Source: a candidate division WOR-3 bacterium
Lineage (GTDB): Bacteria; Hydrothermota; Tepidihabitantia; Tepidihabitantales; Tepidihabitantaceae
Direction: 5' to 3'
Length of the DNA stretch: 18,879 nt
NCBI GenBank assembly: GCA_965648935.1
Contig: CBFGIY010000048.1
Coordinates: 1 to 18,879 of the forward strand
Made by a program: the position numbers and the translations under genes. The notes beneath the pieces were generated by a model that saw only the letters and a program-made list of their open reading frames with translations, was not told the origin of the DNA and did no database searches. The number at the start of each line of letters is the position of its first letter. Position 1 is the first letter of the stretch. Positions 17,145 through 18,879 of the stretch are shown piece by piece.

Positions 17145-17288
17145 CTACTCACTTGCCGCCGCCCCCGGCGTGTAGTACAGCCGGCAGAAGCAGTGGCCAT
17201 CCCGCGCGAGTTCCTGTTTGAGAGTCGGACACCGACAAACCACGTCTGTCTCGGGATCGAGCGGCTTGGACTGCTTGCACGGGCAGCG
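17145..17288 (-). pseudogene. C-terminal half of a ferredoxin:thioredoxin reductase catalytic subunit
   Basis: RCPCKQSKPLDPETDVVCRCPTLKQELARDGHCFCRLYYTPGAAASE*: three CxC motifs with FTR spacing. An in-frame TAG lies 12 codons upstream, so the N-terminal half is absent. Confidence 0.75.
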
Positions 17289-17343
17289 GCTTGGCCGCAA
17301 AAGCGACTGCGGCCAGACACACTAGCAGTGCAAGCTTCTTCAC
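17281..17343 (-). pseudogene. N-terminal remnant (signal peptide) of an exported protein
   Basis: GAGGAG RBS, GTG, MKKLALLVCLAAVAFAAKPLP. This frame then runs as non-protein-like sequence over the FTR frame to TGA 17149. Confidence 0.65.
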
Positions 17344-17386
17344 CTCGCTCTCCTCTCGTTGTCCTTCTACGGACTTCTGCGGTCCG

Positions 17387-17424
17387 GGCACCGGGCAGCG
17401 GTGGCTTCACCGCCGCCCAGTGCC
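17387..17424 (-). other. Intergenic 17-bp stem-loop
   Basis: GGCACTGGGCGGCGGTG-AAGC-CACCGCTGCCCGGTGCC. The two mismatches form G-U pairs only on the minus strand. Confidence 0.6.
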
Positions 17425-17468
17425 TCGTGGTCTTCCCAACCCGCCCCTGGTCGGCAGGCTGAAAGGGG

Positions 17469-18269
17469 CTAACCCCGAGGTTTCTCGGCCTGATACCAGC
17501 CGCGTCCGACCTGATGCCTGTGGGCGGCATCGCGCCACAGGTTCACCAAACCCTCGGCGAAAGCGTAAAGCTCCGGTCCGAAGTTCTTTTCGATCGTCGG
17601 CCTCAGGTCAACCTCGACCATTTTCTTGTACTCGTCAAAACACTTCGCGTACTCGTCGGTCTGGTCCTTGACCTCCAGCACCTTGAAACCGGCTTTCTTC
17701 AGCACTTCGGCCCAGCCGTTCAGGGTCTCCATGTACGGGAACGCCATCGACTCGTACAGCTTCGCCAGCAGCGACTCCTCGATCTCGCCGGTGATGACCC
17801 AGTCGGTGAAGATGAGCTTGCCGCCGGGCTTGAGCACGCGGAACGCCTCGCGCGCCAGCTCGTCCTTGTTGGTGACGTAGCACCACGCCTCCTGACCCCA
17901 GACCACGTCGAAGGTGTCCTTCTTGAACGGCATGTCCATCGCGTTGCCCTCGACAAAGGTCACCAGATGCTCCAGCCCGGCATCCCGCGTCCGCTGGCGC
18001 GCCTTTTCCAGCATCGTCTTGGCGAAGTCGAGGCCGGTCACCTTCACCCCGTAGTCTTTCGCGAGCACGCGCGCCGGCGCGCCCAGCGCCGAGCAGACGT
18101 CGAGCACATGCAGCCCCGGCTTCAGGCCCACCGCCTTGGCCATGCGGTGCGTGACCTCGTCGCCGCCCGAGTGAATCTGCTCGCTCATCACTGCTTCCCA
18201 GAGCAGGCCGCCCGGACCGTCGTACACGTCCTGCACGTCCTTGCCGGTGTAGTCGTAACGCTTCGGCAT
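17469..18269 (-). CDS. Class I SAM-dependent methyltransferase (sarcosine/dimethylglycine/phosphoethanolamine N-methyltransferase-like)
   Basis: EQIHSGG, VLDVCSALGAPAR (motif I variant), VTGLD, FVEGNAMDMPF, FDVVWGQEAWCYV, RVLKPGG. AGGAGG RBS favours ATG 18269. Confidence 0.92.
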   Translation of the reverse strand: MPKRYDYTGKDVQDVYDGPGGLLWEAVMSEQIHSGGDEVTHRMAKAVGLKPGLHVLDVCSALGAPARVLAKDYGVKVTGLDFAKTMLEKARQRTRDAGLEHLVTFVEGNAMDMPFKKDTFDVVWGQEAWCYVTNKDELAREAFRVLKPGGKLIFTDWVITGEIEESLLAKLYESMAFPYMETLNGWAEVLKKAGFKVLEVKDQTDEYAKCFDEYKKMVEVDLRPTIEKNFGPELYAFAEGLVNLWRDAAHRHQVGRGWYQAEKPRG

Positions 18270-18491
18270 CACTCCTCCTGTGTCTTTGGGTGCTGATACG
18301 GAATCGCCCGGCCTGTGCGCGTCGGCATCAGGCTCGGGCGGCTTGTTGCTGTTACCTTGTCGGCCGGCAAACTGCCGGCACGATGCCGTGCAGTCACTTG
18401 CCGCGCCTTCTTGTGATAAGTGTCTTCAGGGACCGCCACGCCCTGTCCGATGAGGCCGGCGTCGACGCTCCTATTTGCATTTCCGTCATAC

Positions 18492-18879
18492 CTAGAGACT
18501 CAGCAGTACGACGGCAAGGGCCGCGCAGCCAAGGCCGGCGGCGTGAGCCGCGGTTACCTGCTCCTTCAGCAGGATGAACCCGAGCACTGCAGGTACGACG
18601 ATGTACATCCCCGACAGCGGCACGACCACCGAAGCCGGGCCGCGACGCAAGGCGAGAAAGAAGCAGACCAGCGCCAAGCCGTATGCCAGCCCGGAACCCA
18701 GCGCGAGCGGGTGCGGCCTGACCCACTTCCCGCTGCCGTCGGTGAGCGCGAATGCGGCGACCGGCACGAGTGTCGCGACGGTGCTCCAGAACGCCAGCCC
18801 TTGGGGCGGGACTCGGCTCGAGATGACCTTTGCCAGGAAGCCCCATACGCCCCACAGGGTGAGCGCGAACAGCGAAAGC
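18492..18879 (-). CDS. EamA/DMT-family transporter (5' partial)
   Basis: LFALTLWGVWGFLAK...FFLALRRGPASVVVPLSGMYIVVPAVLGFILLKEQVT; the frame is open to the window edge. Confidence 0.9.
   Translation of the reverse strand, partial: LSLFALTLWGVWGFLAKVISSRVPPQGLAFWSTVATLVPVAAFALTDGSGKWVRPHPLALGSGLAYGLALVCFFLALRRGPASVVVPLSGMYIVVPAVLGFILLKEQVTAAHAAGLGCAALAVVLLSL

Noticed and set aside
17149..17151. TGA ending the signal-peptide frame, followed by a hairpin, as a possible Sec codon
   Set aside because: The frame is non-protein-like after the junction, there is no redox motif, and the long perfect stem fits a 3' hairpin of the FTR gene better.
18273..18491. Possible riboswitch or small ORF upstream of the methyltransferase (MTEMQ...RGK-TGA followed by a GCCGGCA/TGCCGGC hairpin)
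   Set aside because: SAM-I and cobalamin riboswitch cores are not recognisable, and read-through gives no redox motif or family resemblance. An Rfam search would settle it.
1..18879. CRISPR arrays, tRNA or rRNA genes
   Set aside because: No repeat-spacer periodicity or RNA gene signatures seen; intergenic spaces are short.

Overview
High-GC bacterial DNA. The secreted proteins with FlgD/T9SS-like C-terminal tails and Omp28 domains suggest an FCB-related anaerobe such as candidate division WOR-3 (inference). From the left: the right end of an IS256-family element, a secreted 610-aa protein (-), a divergent promoter pair, then murA-ispG-secreted C45-like Ntn hydrolase (+). The rest (5955-18879) is all minus strand. 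In transcription order: EamA transporter (partial), SAM methyltransferase, a broken signal-peptide/ferredoxin:thioredoxin-reductase chimera, an unannotated 45-aa membrane selenoprotein (UxxC with an fdhF-like SECIS), two Omp28/CxxC exported proteins, and a small secreted protein. These are followed by a tightly coupled seven-gene module: corrinoid protein, MtaA/UroD-type methyltransferase, RACo-type ASKHA activator, double-cubane-like protein, second 2-hydroxyacyl-CoA dehydratase-family protein, second MtaA/UroD methyltransferase, and HgdC-type activase. The best candidate for an undescribed system is this corrinoid methyl-transfer plus ATP-driven reductase module, together with its selenoprotein and thiol-redox neighbours.
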